A stretch of 64,000 nt of DNA from an uncultured Gammaproteobacteria bacterium (GTDB lineage: Bacteria > Pseudomonadota > Gammaproteobacteria > Steroidobacterales > Woeseiaceae): contig CALBPI010000069.1 in the NCBI GenBank assembly GCA_937899415.1, forward strand, positions 4,280 to 68,279, read 5' to 3'. Under the pieces are notes generated by a model. It saw only the letters and a program-made list of their open reading frames with translations, did not search any database and was not told the origin of the DNA. The position numbers and the translations under genes were made by a program. Positions within the stretch are counted from its first letter, which is position 1; the number at the start of each line of letters is the position of its first letter. Below are positions 44,642 to 52,563 of this stretch, in pieces.

Positions 44642-47218
44642 ATGAATCGAAACCACGCCTACACGTTGCTTCTGCTATTGCCGCTGCTGGCTGGCTGCCC
44701 TTCGAGCGGGAATCCTGACCCAGCAGATGCCAACAACATCTCAACGGCGCTCTCAGCCGCCCCCCAGAACGTCATCGTGCGCGAAGGCCAGGATACGTTC
44801 GACGCTGAGTCGATCACCTGGCGTAAGGGCTTCGAGGGCGCGCTCAGTACCAGCTTCCAAGAAGAGACCACAGAGCTTGCGATCGATGTCGCGGCAACCG
44901 CAGCGGGCGAGTGCCCGAACGCCAGTGCGTCTTGCGAAGACTGGACATTCCGAGCCAGTGCCACCGCGCCAGGTGACTACGAAGTGGAAGCATTTCGCGA
45001 CATTAGTCAGCCGGACGGGACGATTGATCGTGCGAGCAGCGACGTTGTCGTCAAGGTCGTGCCTGCGGACGTCGGCAGTGAGCGGCTCAACCGCATTCTG
45101 GATTCATTCGATTCGTCAGTGCTCGATGCGGGCGGTCAACTGTGGTCCATCATCGACCGGACCGTATTCACCGATTTTCAGGCGCCGTGGCAGGACGACT
45201 ACACACCCGTGTTTCTGCGGCGGTCCGATATCGATGGTCTCGGTCCCATTTCGCTGGCGGCGCCAACACCCCTCGTCGGTCCTAGCACCTTCATCCTCCA
45301 GGACGGCAGTGCCGTGGCAACAGGCATCGGCGGCGACCTGCGTGCGCAGCCCTTCGCCGCGCTCAACGCGCTGCTCGATTCGGCCGACGGCGCCGTACCG
45401 GTTCAAATGGAGACCGCCTTATCCAGACAGGACAGGGGTGCTTCCAGTCTGTACGCACTACGCTTGAGCGACGGCCGGGTGATCGGCTGGGCGAGCAGTG
45501 ACAGTGCCAGCGACGGCGTGTTTCCCATCGACCCAATTGTCGTTAGCGACGTCGATGACGCGATCGACATCAGTATCAGTCAGTTCTACGTACTGATTCT
45601 TCGCGCCAACGGCACGGTCCTCGAGCTCGGTCGGGTTCGCTCAGGGGACGATGGCATTATCACACAGCCGCAAGCCGTCAGTGGCTTAACGAACATCGTC
45701 GCCATCACGGGCCGCGCGGCATTGGCGAGCGATGGGCGTGTCTTCTACATCCCCAGGGTCACCACAGAAACCGGCGACAGTCAGGCGGTCCCCATCCCGA
45801 ACCTCAACGATGCCACAGCACTCGGCGATGGTTTTGTGACTTGGGCGCGTCGCAGTGATGGCAGCACCGCGATGTGGCTTATCGATGACACGGGGCAGCC
45901 CGGTTCGGCGTTCCCCGTGACCTTCTCCGTGATCGGTAACCCAGTGGCCATCGATCGCGACTCCGTGATTGGCGCGCAGTGTGGACGCCTGTGGGCAACT
46001 TCTCTTCGCGAGGATGTCGACCGCCTATCCCGCGACCTCGAGGACACCTCACTCGTGCGTGTAACGCGTGCAACACCTGTGTTTGGCAGCACAGGCAATC
46101 AGCGCTGCGAGGCCGGCAGCCTGAGCCGCATCATCTACTTTTTCCTGGCCGGTGATGGCAGCGGCACCGTCACCGCGCCTACCGGCAGCGTGGATTGCGA
46201 TGCGAGTGGGGAACTGTGCTGGTGGTTCGGACCCAATGACGGGCAGCCTCAATTTACGGCCGTGCCTGACAGCGGCTCGACGTTCCGCGATTGGCGCTGG
46301 GACTGCGCCGCAACGAACGAAGTGTCGAGCGCGGTAATCCAGGCGGACGGTACAAGCCAGAACGTCTGCAAGGTGACCTTCACCGCAAACGGTGACGGCA
46401 CAGCGCCCATAGAAAATCGTCGACTCGAGGTTCGTGTTGAGGGCAGCGGCAGCGTTACCGCAAACCCCGAAGCGACTCAGTTTGATGGCGAGGTCGCACT
46501 GTACCCCGATAACACTGCGGTCACATTGAGTGCCGTACCGGACTCGGGCTTTGTATTCGACAGCTGGGATCAGAATGGCTGCACGAATGACCTTACGAGC
46601 GACGAGATCACGGTCACAATGGACACCGACCGACTCTGCATCGCCAACTTTGCGCAAGTGAGCGGTGGCGCGCCGCCAATCGGCAGAATCCAAGTCACAC
46701 CGTCGACGGTGGTGACCGCGGGCACTGAGCTGACCTTCGACGGCTCAACGAGTACAGACGCCGACGGCACGATCGTGTCATGGGACTGGGACTTCGGTAA
46801 TGACGGCACGATCGACGCCTCCGGCGAATCGGTGATGTCAGTCTTCACGGCACCCGGAATCACGGATGTCGGGCTCACCGTCACCGATAACGATGGCCTC
46901 GTGGGCAACGCCGCTGTTGGCATCACCGTACAGCCACCCATCGGCGGTACCACGTTCACCGTGCGCGTCGTCATCACTGGCCCGGGACAAGTGGATGTCG
47001 CTCCGATCGGCAGGACACTCCCCGACTCGGAATGCGACGGCACAGAGTGCTTCCTGTTTGATATCGACTCCGGGACGGTGCTGACGTTTAGCGCAGCGCC
47101 ATTTACGCCTGCCGCTTTTGACGGCTGGAGTGCGATGGAATGCGACACGATCCCGAACCTGGACACCTGCGTGATCACGGTGACCAGTGACCGTGATATC
47201 AACGCGGGCTTTAACTAG
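44642..47218 (+). CDS. Lipoprotein with RCC1/propeller-like repeats, divergent InlB-B-like repeats and a PKD domain
   Basis: I chose the start MNRNHAYTLLLLLPLLAGC (lipobox) at 44642. Blade-like repeats are LRLSDGRVIGWA, ILRANGTVLELG, ALASDGRVFYI and ARRSDGSTAMW. The PKD segment is AGTELTFDGSTSTDADGTIVSWDWDFGNDG...GLTVTDNDG. Repeats of the form GSGxVT...PDSGxxFxxW recur. Confidence 0.75.
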   Translation: MNRNHAYTLLLLLPLLAGCPSSGNPDPADANNISTALSAAPQNVIVREGQDTFDAESITWRKGFEGALSTSFQEETTELAIDVAATAAGECPNASASCEDWTFRASATAPGDYEVEAFRDISQPDGTIDRASSDVVVKVVPADVGSERLNRILDSFDSSVLDAGGQLWSIIDRTVFTDFQAPWQDDYTPVFLRRSDIDGLGPISLAAPTPLVGPSTFILQDGSAVATGIGGDLRAQPFAALNALLDSADGAVPVQMETALSRQDRGASSLYALRLSDGRVIGWASSDSASDGVFPIDPIVVSDVDDAIDISISQFYVLILRANGTVLELGRVRSGDDGIITQPQAVSGLTNIVAITGRAALASDGRVFYIPRVTTETGDSQAVPIPNLNDATALGDGFVTWARRSDGSTAMWLIDDTGQPGSAFPVTFSVIGNPVAIDRDSVIGAQCGRLWATSLREDVDRLSRDLEDTSLVRVTRATPVFGSTGNQRCEAGSLSRIIYFFLAGDGSGTVTAPTGSVDCDASGELCWWFGPNDGQPQFTAVPDSGSTFRDWRWDCAATNEVSSAVIQADGTSQNVCKVTFTANGDGTAPIENRRLEVRVEGSGSVTANPEATQFDGEVALYPDNTAVTLSAVPDSGFVFDSWDQNGCTNDLTSDEITVTMDTDRLCIANFAQVSGGAPPIGRIQVTPSTVVTAGTELTFDGSTSTDADGTIVSWDWDFGNDGTIDASGESVMSVFTAPGITDVGLTVTDNDGLVGNAAVGITVQPPIGGTTFTVRVVITGPGQVDVAPIGRTLPDSECDGTECFLFDIDSGTVLTFSAAPFTPAAFDGWSAMECDTIPNLDTCVITVTSDRDINAGFN

Positions 47219-47240
47219 GATAGCGACATATCTGTCACGT

Positions 47241-48494
47241 TCAGCGGAACTGGACCTTTCGCACCATCACCGTCTGTGCCTGGTCCCCAAGAAATACCAG
47301 TGTGAACGGTAGGTGGATGCGTGTGAGGTCCGCAGTGGGGAAGCTCTCCTGAAGAGGAAACGTGTAGGCCTTCCAGTCGGCGGTCAGGTTGACTTCAACC
47401 CGCGACTCGCTGCCATCGTCTGGATCGGTATCGTCCTTGAGCGATAAGTAGACCTGCTCCGTCCCGGTCTCGCCCTTCATTTCGATCACGATCTCGTTGA
47501 AGCGTGAATAGTCGCGGGCATCGCGTTCGGCCCAGGAGCCCATATCAACGTACGCCCACATGGCACCCCAGGACTCGCCCTGGGGGTAGCGCACCTTAAG
47601 TTCATCGTTGCGGATATCGAAAAACTCGTAACCGTTCGACGAACGTCCAACGAATGACAGAGATGCGTTGAGGATGCCGGCGACAAAAACATGCGGACTC
47701 CCGAGCGTATCGCCGTAGTCGTCCAGAATCTCGAGTGCCGCAGCTTCTTCGGGCCCAAAGTCCTGCAGGTCCTTCGCAATCATCTCGCGCAGAACGCGAC
47801 CCTGGAGAATGAGCGTCTCGATACCGTCGATTCGAGTCGTCGTGTGGTACAGAATGGAGAGCGTCAGCGGATCGTTGAGGATGCGATCGATAAGCTCGGG
47901 GCTAGTACCCCGGTAGTTACCCAGAAAGGTCACGAAACCCTCATCAATGTACTTCAGCGTCAGCTGTTCACCGAGGCTGTTTGTAGCCGCCTCGTACACC
48001 GCGACATCGTTTCTGATTTTTTCTGCGGTCAGGTAGTACTCGTAAATCAACTTCTCGAGATCTCGCCCATTCAGCTGATTCAGGAAGCCCGAGTTCTTGA
48101 TCGCGTCGAACGCGCTCGTATTCACGATGAACTCCGAGTTCACCCAAAGCACATCACGTAGCACGAACGTCGCGCGATCCAGGTCCGTACTGTCGTCTAG
48201 GCTGTCCGACTCGATTTTTCGATAGGTTTGTTTGCTGGCGATCGCGAGCTCGCTGGCATTATCACGAAATCGTGTCACGGAGAGTAAATCGCCCTCGATG
48301 CTCTGCGACAGGTTGCCCAGATACTCCTTAAGTTCGCGCGTCTCCTTGCGCTCCGCGAACCAGTTTTCCATTTGCAGCGCGAGGAACACGCTAATGACGA
48401 TCAGCGTGAGCTCACCAAGCGCCAGGGGCACATAGGGCTTCCACGGTTTCGAGTCCAGAAATGCAGCTCTGAACTTGCGGAGATTTTTGAACAT
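47241..48494 (-). CDS. Membrane-anchored DUF6090-like protein with a C-terminal CBM11/CIA30-like beta-sandwich
   Basis: The N-terminus MFKNLRKFRAAFLDSKPWKPYVPLALGELTLIVISVFLALQMENWFAE matches the DUF6090 signature seen in Bacteroidetes. The C-terminal ~130 aa (DYSRFNEIVIEMKGETG...VNLTADWKAYTFPL...VMVRKVQF) look like a carbohydrate-binding module. GC is noticeably lower by eye. Confidence 0.6.
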   Translation of the reverse strand: MFKNLRKFRAAFLDSKPWKPYVPLALGELTLIVISVFLALQMENWFAERKETRELKEYLGNLSQSIEGDLLSVTRFRDNASELAIASKQTYRKIESDSLDDSTDLDRATFVLRDVLWVNSEFIVNTSAFDAIKNSGFLNQLNGRDLEKLIYEYYLTAEKIRNDVAVYEAATNSLGEQLTLKYIDEGFVTFLGNYRGTSPELIDRILNDPLTLSILYHTTTRIDGIETLILQGRVLREMIAKDLQDFGPEEAAALEILDDYGDTLGSPHVFVAGILNASLSFVGRSSNGYEFFDIRNDELKVRYPQGESWGAMWAYVDMGSWAERDARDYSRFNEIVIEMKGETGTEQVYLSLKDDTDPDDGSESRVEVNLTADWKAYTFPLQESFPTADLTRIHLPFTLVFLGDQAQTVMVRKVQFR

Positions 48495-48639
48495 GACAGC
48501 CCTTCATCGGCAATGCAGACACGTATTGCCAGATGCGCGCCACGAGGTCAAAGAGCAATGTGCGCGTAAGGAATGCGATAATGCTCGATGAAGCGGGCAC
48601 ACCAAGAATGCTCGCCGGCTGTGTGACGGGGGGACAACG

Positions 48640-49452
48640 TTGAGAGAACGTACATTAGGGCTGCTGGCCGTGACAGGCTACTTTGTGGCCTTCTTTGCCT
48701 TGCTCATAGGCTTGCAGCATTTACAGATCGCGGGGCTGGGCGACGCAGCGATCCCATTGACCGCCGTCATCATCCTCGTTCTCATTCTGGCGCTCATCAC
48801 CTTGTTGCTCAGACACGAGGGCGCGTCGTTCGGCAGCATCGGCCTGACCGCGCGGAAGGCGCTTCCGCAGTTTTTCGTCGGGCTGGCGGCGGGCCTCGCG
48901 GTCTGCGCCTTGATGATTGGTTCGGTCCTGTTGTTTACGCCGCTTGAGATCGGGCCTGCCAGCAGCGGCAATACACTGCCTGCGCTGTCGGTCGCATTCT
49001 TCTTGATCTTCCTTCTGGGACTTATGGAAGAGATCGTTTTCCGGTCCTACCCGTTATTCCGATTCGATGACGCCGTTGGCACACGAACAGCCATCTACGC
49101 CACCGCCGTCGCGTTCGCGTTCTATCACGGTCTCGACGCCAGCAATCTGCTGGGTCCAGGCGTCTGGGGCCTGTTCTACGGCTGGATGGCGCTCAAGACC
49201 AACAGCATCGCGTTGCCAACAGGGTTTCATGTCGGGCTTAACTACATGCAGGCGCTGTTGGGCATGAAGCCCAAGTACGGTGGCGCGCTTTGGGAGCTTG
49301 AGATCGACACGCAGCCGAGCGTTTTGGGAGCAGAGACGCTAGGCTTCGGCCTTCAGATCTTGTTGTTGATCATTGGCTTCGTTCTCGTCGAGCGACTCAT
49401 TCGCCAGCGGCAATCCGAAACAATTACAGGCAAGGAGGCGAGCGAAGCATGA
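48640..49452 (+). CDS. CPBP-family (CAAX/Abi) intramembrane glutamic endopeptidase
   Basis: It has EEIVFRSYP (the EExxxR motif), FAFYHG (FxxxH), a later GFHVGLN, and multiple TM helices. The start is TTG. Confidence 0.8.
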   Translation: MRERTLGLLAVTGYFVAFFALLIGLQHLQIAGLGDAAIPLTAVIILVLILALITLLLRHEGASFGSIGLTARKALPQFFVGLAAGLAVCALMIGSVLLFTPLEIGPASSGNTLPALSVAFFLIFLLGLMEEIVFRSYPLFRFDDAVGTRTAIYATAVAFAFYHGLDASNLLGPGVWGLFYGWMALKTNSIALPTGFHVGLNYMQALLGMKPKYGGALWELEIDTQPSVLGAETLGFGLQILLLIIGFVLVERLIRQRQSETITGKEASEA

Positions 49453-49982
49453 ATGCTGTCCATATCGGCGTAATCAACGTATCCGACCGCGCGGCGGCGG
49501 GCGTCTATGATGACGTGCCCGGCAAAGCTGTGGTCGAGACCTTGCGTGAGTACCTGACCACGGAGTTTGAACCCGTCTACCGCGTCATCCCCGACGAGCA
49601 GCCCGAGCTCGAGGCGGCCATGATCGAGATGGCCGACGTTCACGGCTGCTGCCTCATCGTCACGACGGGCGGCACGGGCCCGGCGCCGCGCGACGTCACG
49701 CCCGAGGCCACCGAGGCTGTGTGTCAGAAAATGATGCCCGGAATCGGCGAGCTCATGCGAACCACATCGCTGCAATACGTCCCAACCGCGATCCTCTCGC
49801 GCCAGACGGCAGGCATCCGCGGCAGCACGCTGATCCTCAACTTGCCCGGCCGCCCCAAGGCGATTCGCGAATGCCTCGACGCCGTCTTTCCGGCCGTGCC
49901 TTACTGCATCGACTTGATCGAAGGTCCGCGGCTCGAAACGGACGAATCCGTCATCAAAGCCTTCCGGCCGCGCAGCGCCTGA
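49449..49982 (+). CDS. mogA: Molybdopterin adenylyltransferase MogA
   Basis: IGVINVSDRAAAGVYDDVPG, LIVTTGGTGPAPRDVTPEAT and LILNLPGRPKAIRECL are present. Its start overlaps the upstream stop (ATGA). Confidence 0.9.
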   Translation: MNAVHIGVINVSDRAAAGVYDDVPGKAVVETLREYLTTEFEPVYRVIPDEQPELEAAMIEMADVHGCCLIVTTGGTGPAPRDVTPEATEAVCQKMMPGIGELMRTTSLQYVPTAILSRQTAGIRGSTLILNLPGRPKAIRECLDAVFPAVPYCIDLIEGPRLETDESVIKAFRPRSA

Positions 49983-49989
49983 TCCCGCC

Positions 49990-51174
49990 CTAGTCGGCGA
50001 CTGCGGCGGTAATCGCTGCGTAAAGCGCGTCCTGCCAAGCCCAGTCGGCCGAGTCGCTGGCCACAGGCCGGGCGCTGTGTATCGCGATGACGACGTTTTC
50101 GTTGCGATTAATGTAGATACCCTGCCCGAAGATGCCCGAGGCGCTGAACACGCCTGGTCCGTCAAGCCACCAGAAGTAGCCGTAGCCCGCGTAGCCGTCT
50201 GAGGGCTGCGTCGATGCGTCCATCCAGCCGGCGGGCAGCACTTCGGTGCCGTCGGCCAATCGACCGTTCGCCAGCGCGAACAGGCCGATACGGCCGTAGT
50301 CGCGCAGCGTCGCGTTGATACAGCAGCCGCCGAATTCTCCGCCGCCGGACTCGGTCAGGTTCCAGGTCGCGTCGGCTTCCATACCGAAGGGCCGCCAGAT
50401 CTTCTCGGAGAGATAGGTGGAGAGGTTATTGCCGATCGCCGATCGCAGCAGCGTCCCCGCCAGGTTCGTTTCGGCCGTGTTGTAGTTGAATGTGGCGCCG
50501 GGCTGGGCGAGGCGTGGTTTCTCAGCCAGGAAGTCGTAAAGCGCGACCGTCTCCCAGGATGCGGTCGCGATGTCCGAGGTGGGGTCGGCGTAGTCCTCGT
50601 TCCAGGCGATGCCTGAGGCCATCTGCAGCAGGTTACCGATAGTGGCACCGTCGTAAGCCGAACCCCTGAGCCGGGGCAGGTAGTTCGTGACGGACTCATC
50701 GACGCTCTCGATGTAGCCGTCCTGGATTGCGGCGCCGATAAGCATGGAGACCACCGACTTCGCGACGGAGTAGGAGATCCATTTGCTATCGACGTCATTG
50801 CCCAGCCCGTAGCGCTCGTAGAGAATCTTGCCGTCCTTGATGACGAGCAGGCCCGCGACCGACTGTTGCTTGAAGTAGGCATCAACAGTCATCGTCGCTT
50901 CGCCCGAGCGGATCACTGTGTTACCCAGATCGCGTTTCGCGTCAGGCAGCGCCAACACGGTGCCACCCGCCTCGACCGTTCGTGTCCAGAAGATCTTGTC
51001 GGAGTTGCGATAGCTCGCGACCTGCTCTTTGGGCGACCAGGTCAGCAGCGTGTTCGGTGCGCCCAGGTACTTGTTATCGTCGGCGGGGTCGACGTAAGGG
51101 GCTTCCGCGTTCGCTGTATTCGCGAAGCTGACGAGGCCAGCCGCAATCAAAGCGAGTGTTCTTGATGCAGTCAT
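49990..51174 (-). CDS. Serine hydrolase (class C beta-lactamase/PBP-like family), secreted
   Basis: It has a signal peptide (LALIAAGLVSFANTANA) and an SxxK motif (YSVAKSVVSML), within a beta-lactamase-like length and layout. Confidence 0.85.
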   Translation of the reverse strand: MTASRTLALIAAGLVSFANTANAEAPYVDPADDNKYLGAPNTLLTWSPKEQVASYRNSDKIFWTRTVEAGGTVLALPDAKRDLGNTVIRSGEATMTVDAYFKQQSVAGLLVIKDGKILYERYGLGNDVDSKWISYSVAKSVVSMLIGAAIQDGYIESVDESVTNYLPRLRGSAYDGATIGNLLQMASGIAWNEDYADPTSDIATASWETVALYDFLAEKPRLAQPGATFNYNTAETNLAGTLLRSAIGNNLSTYLSEKIWRPFGMEADATWNLTESGGGEFGGCCINATLRDYGRIGLFALANGRLADGTEVLPAGWMDASTQPSDGYAGYGYFWWLDGPGVFSASGIFGQGIYINRNENVVIAIHSARPVASDSADWAWQDALYAAITAAVAD

Positions 51175-51202
51175 GCTTCTCTTTATATAGGTCGCGCCGC
51201 TA

Positions 51203-52423
51203 TCAGGGACGTAGCGCGCTCAGTTCTTTGTCAATCGGCAGGTCCGGCCACGTCTCGACCACTTGCTGGAGCGCAATTCGGGCCTCCTCGGTGCGACCGT
51301 TGGCCGCGTATTGTCGGACCAGGGGCAGCACGTCCTCGCGGCAGCAGTTATCGAGCTTCCCGGTGACGTTACCGCCGGCTTTGGTGAACACTTCTGCGGA
51401 ACCGATTTCGCGATCGACGCCGCCAAGGCTGTACTTGTAGGGCTCATCACCAATCGTGAAATCGAAGCGCTTGAGCCCGTTCGCGATGGCCCAGCGAATG
51501 CAGTGGGCCTGCAGCATGAGCCCGGCCGACAGATCACGGACCGATTCGTCCCGGCCGGCCACGTGAAACAGCGCTTCTTGCTTGACCTTATCAATGTAGT
51601 TGGCCTGCGCCGCGATGGGCTGGCCGTCACGCCAGAGGATCGCGAGGTACACCATGCCGCTGGCAAGGCCGAGCATCACGACCTCTTTAAACATGTCGGC
51701 AAGGCGGGCCGCCCGTTTCTCGCCCTTCTTCTCGACGTGCTTTTGGTACCAGAGCCTGGCCAGGATGGTGACGTCCTGCGTGTAGGTCTCGGGGCGGGTC
51801 TTTTTGATCGTCAGGCTCGGGTCGCTGTCGAGTTGGCGCAGCAGGCGGCGAATCTTCTGCCGCGAATTCGAACTTAGGCCTGCCAGGTACTCGGGAAAGC
51901 TCGCCGGGAGATCGACATAAGGACAGACAAGGTTGTTGGTCTGGCCCTCGTTGATGCGGTGCTCGTTGGCCTTGGTCTCAAATAATGAGGCGTTAAATGC
52001 ACCTGTGAACACTTCAAGCCGGCTTTCGCTTGCACTGAAGTAGTTAAGAATGATGCGCCCAAAATCCATCCCTGAGACTTCGCTCGCGAATGCTCGGCAA
52101 ATCGGAGCTTCGAGCTCCGGGGCACACAAGATGCCCGTGTAATCGGCATCGAAGACGTGCCCGAGCATGTCGAGCACATTGTTGAGGCAGCGTGCGGAAT
52201 TGTCCCATTGGGTGGTCACCATCAGCGGCAACACGCCGATTAATCGGTCATCGACCGACCACGCCGTGATGATTCGGAACTTACCTTCGACTCTAATGGC
52301 GACCGAAAAGAGGAAATCAGAGGATAAATAGACATGTGCGTGGGGGTCGGCCTGGTAGAGCTCTTCCCAGTCCAGCTCGATCTCAAACAGCCGGTCGGTC
52401 GTCTCGATGGTCTCTATGCGCAT
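51203..52423 (-). CDS. GNAT-fold acetyltransferase of the CelD/BcsL/FemAB-like type
   Basis: The C-terminal half (MVYLAILWRDGQPIAAQANYIDKVKQEALFHVAGRD...LKRFDFTIGDEPYKYSLGG) resembles Acetyltransf_6 (CelD-like). I chose the start MRIETIETTD at 52423. Confidence 0.65.
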   Translation of the reverse strand: MRIETIETTDRLFEIELDWEELYQADPHAHVYLSSDFLFSVAIRVEGKFRIITAWSVDDRLIGVLPLMVTTQWDNSARCLNNVLDMLGHVFDADYTGILCAPELEAPICRAFASEVSGMDFGRIILNYFSASESRLEVFTGAFNASLFETKANEHRINEGQTNNLVCPYVDLPASFPEYLAGLSSNSRQKIRRLLRQLDSDPSLTIKKTRPETYTQDVTILARLWYQKHVEKKGEKRAARLADMFKEVVMLGLASGMVYLAILWRDGQPIAAQANYIDKVKQEALFHVAGRDESVRDLSAGLMLQAHCIRWAIANGLKRFDFTIGDEPYKYSLGGVDREIGSAEVFTKAGGNVTGKLDNCCREDVLPLVRQYAANGRTEEARIALQQVVETWPDLPIDKELSALRP

Positions 52424-52477
52424 GCTGTCTTCCGCGAACTCGCCCCAGGAACTCAAATGGCGGTTCACCTGCCCATT

Positions 52478-52493
52478 GATATGTTATAACATC
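52478..52493. promoter_or_regulatory. Putative Zur box (GATATGTTATAACATC; 12-nt perfect palindrome ATGTTATAACAT)
   Basis: This is a perfect palindrome at 52481-52492, in the divergent intergenic region 71 nt upstream of the TonB-dependent receptor start and 55 nt upstream of the GNAT start. It has the same core as the site at 3218-3235. Confidence 0.65.
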
Positions 52494-52563
52494 CCGCTCC
52501 CCCCGAGCCGACGGAGAGCGATCCGTGTCTGCCATCGGCCCGACCAAAAACCAAAGAGGACTC

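Noticed and set aside
52424-52563. A cobalamin or other riboswitch in the TonB-receptor leader
   Set aside because: I found no B12-box (GCCACTG-like) and no conserved multi-stem architecture in the 140-nt leader. The only striking element is the AT-rich palindrome, which fits a protein operator (Zur-like) better.
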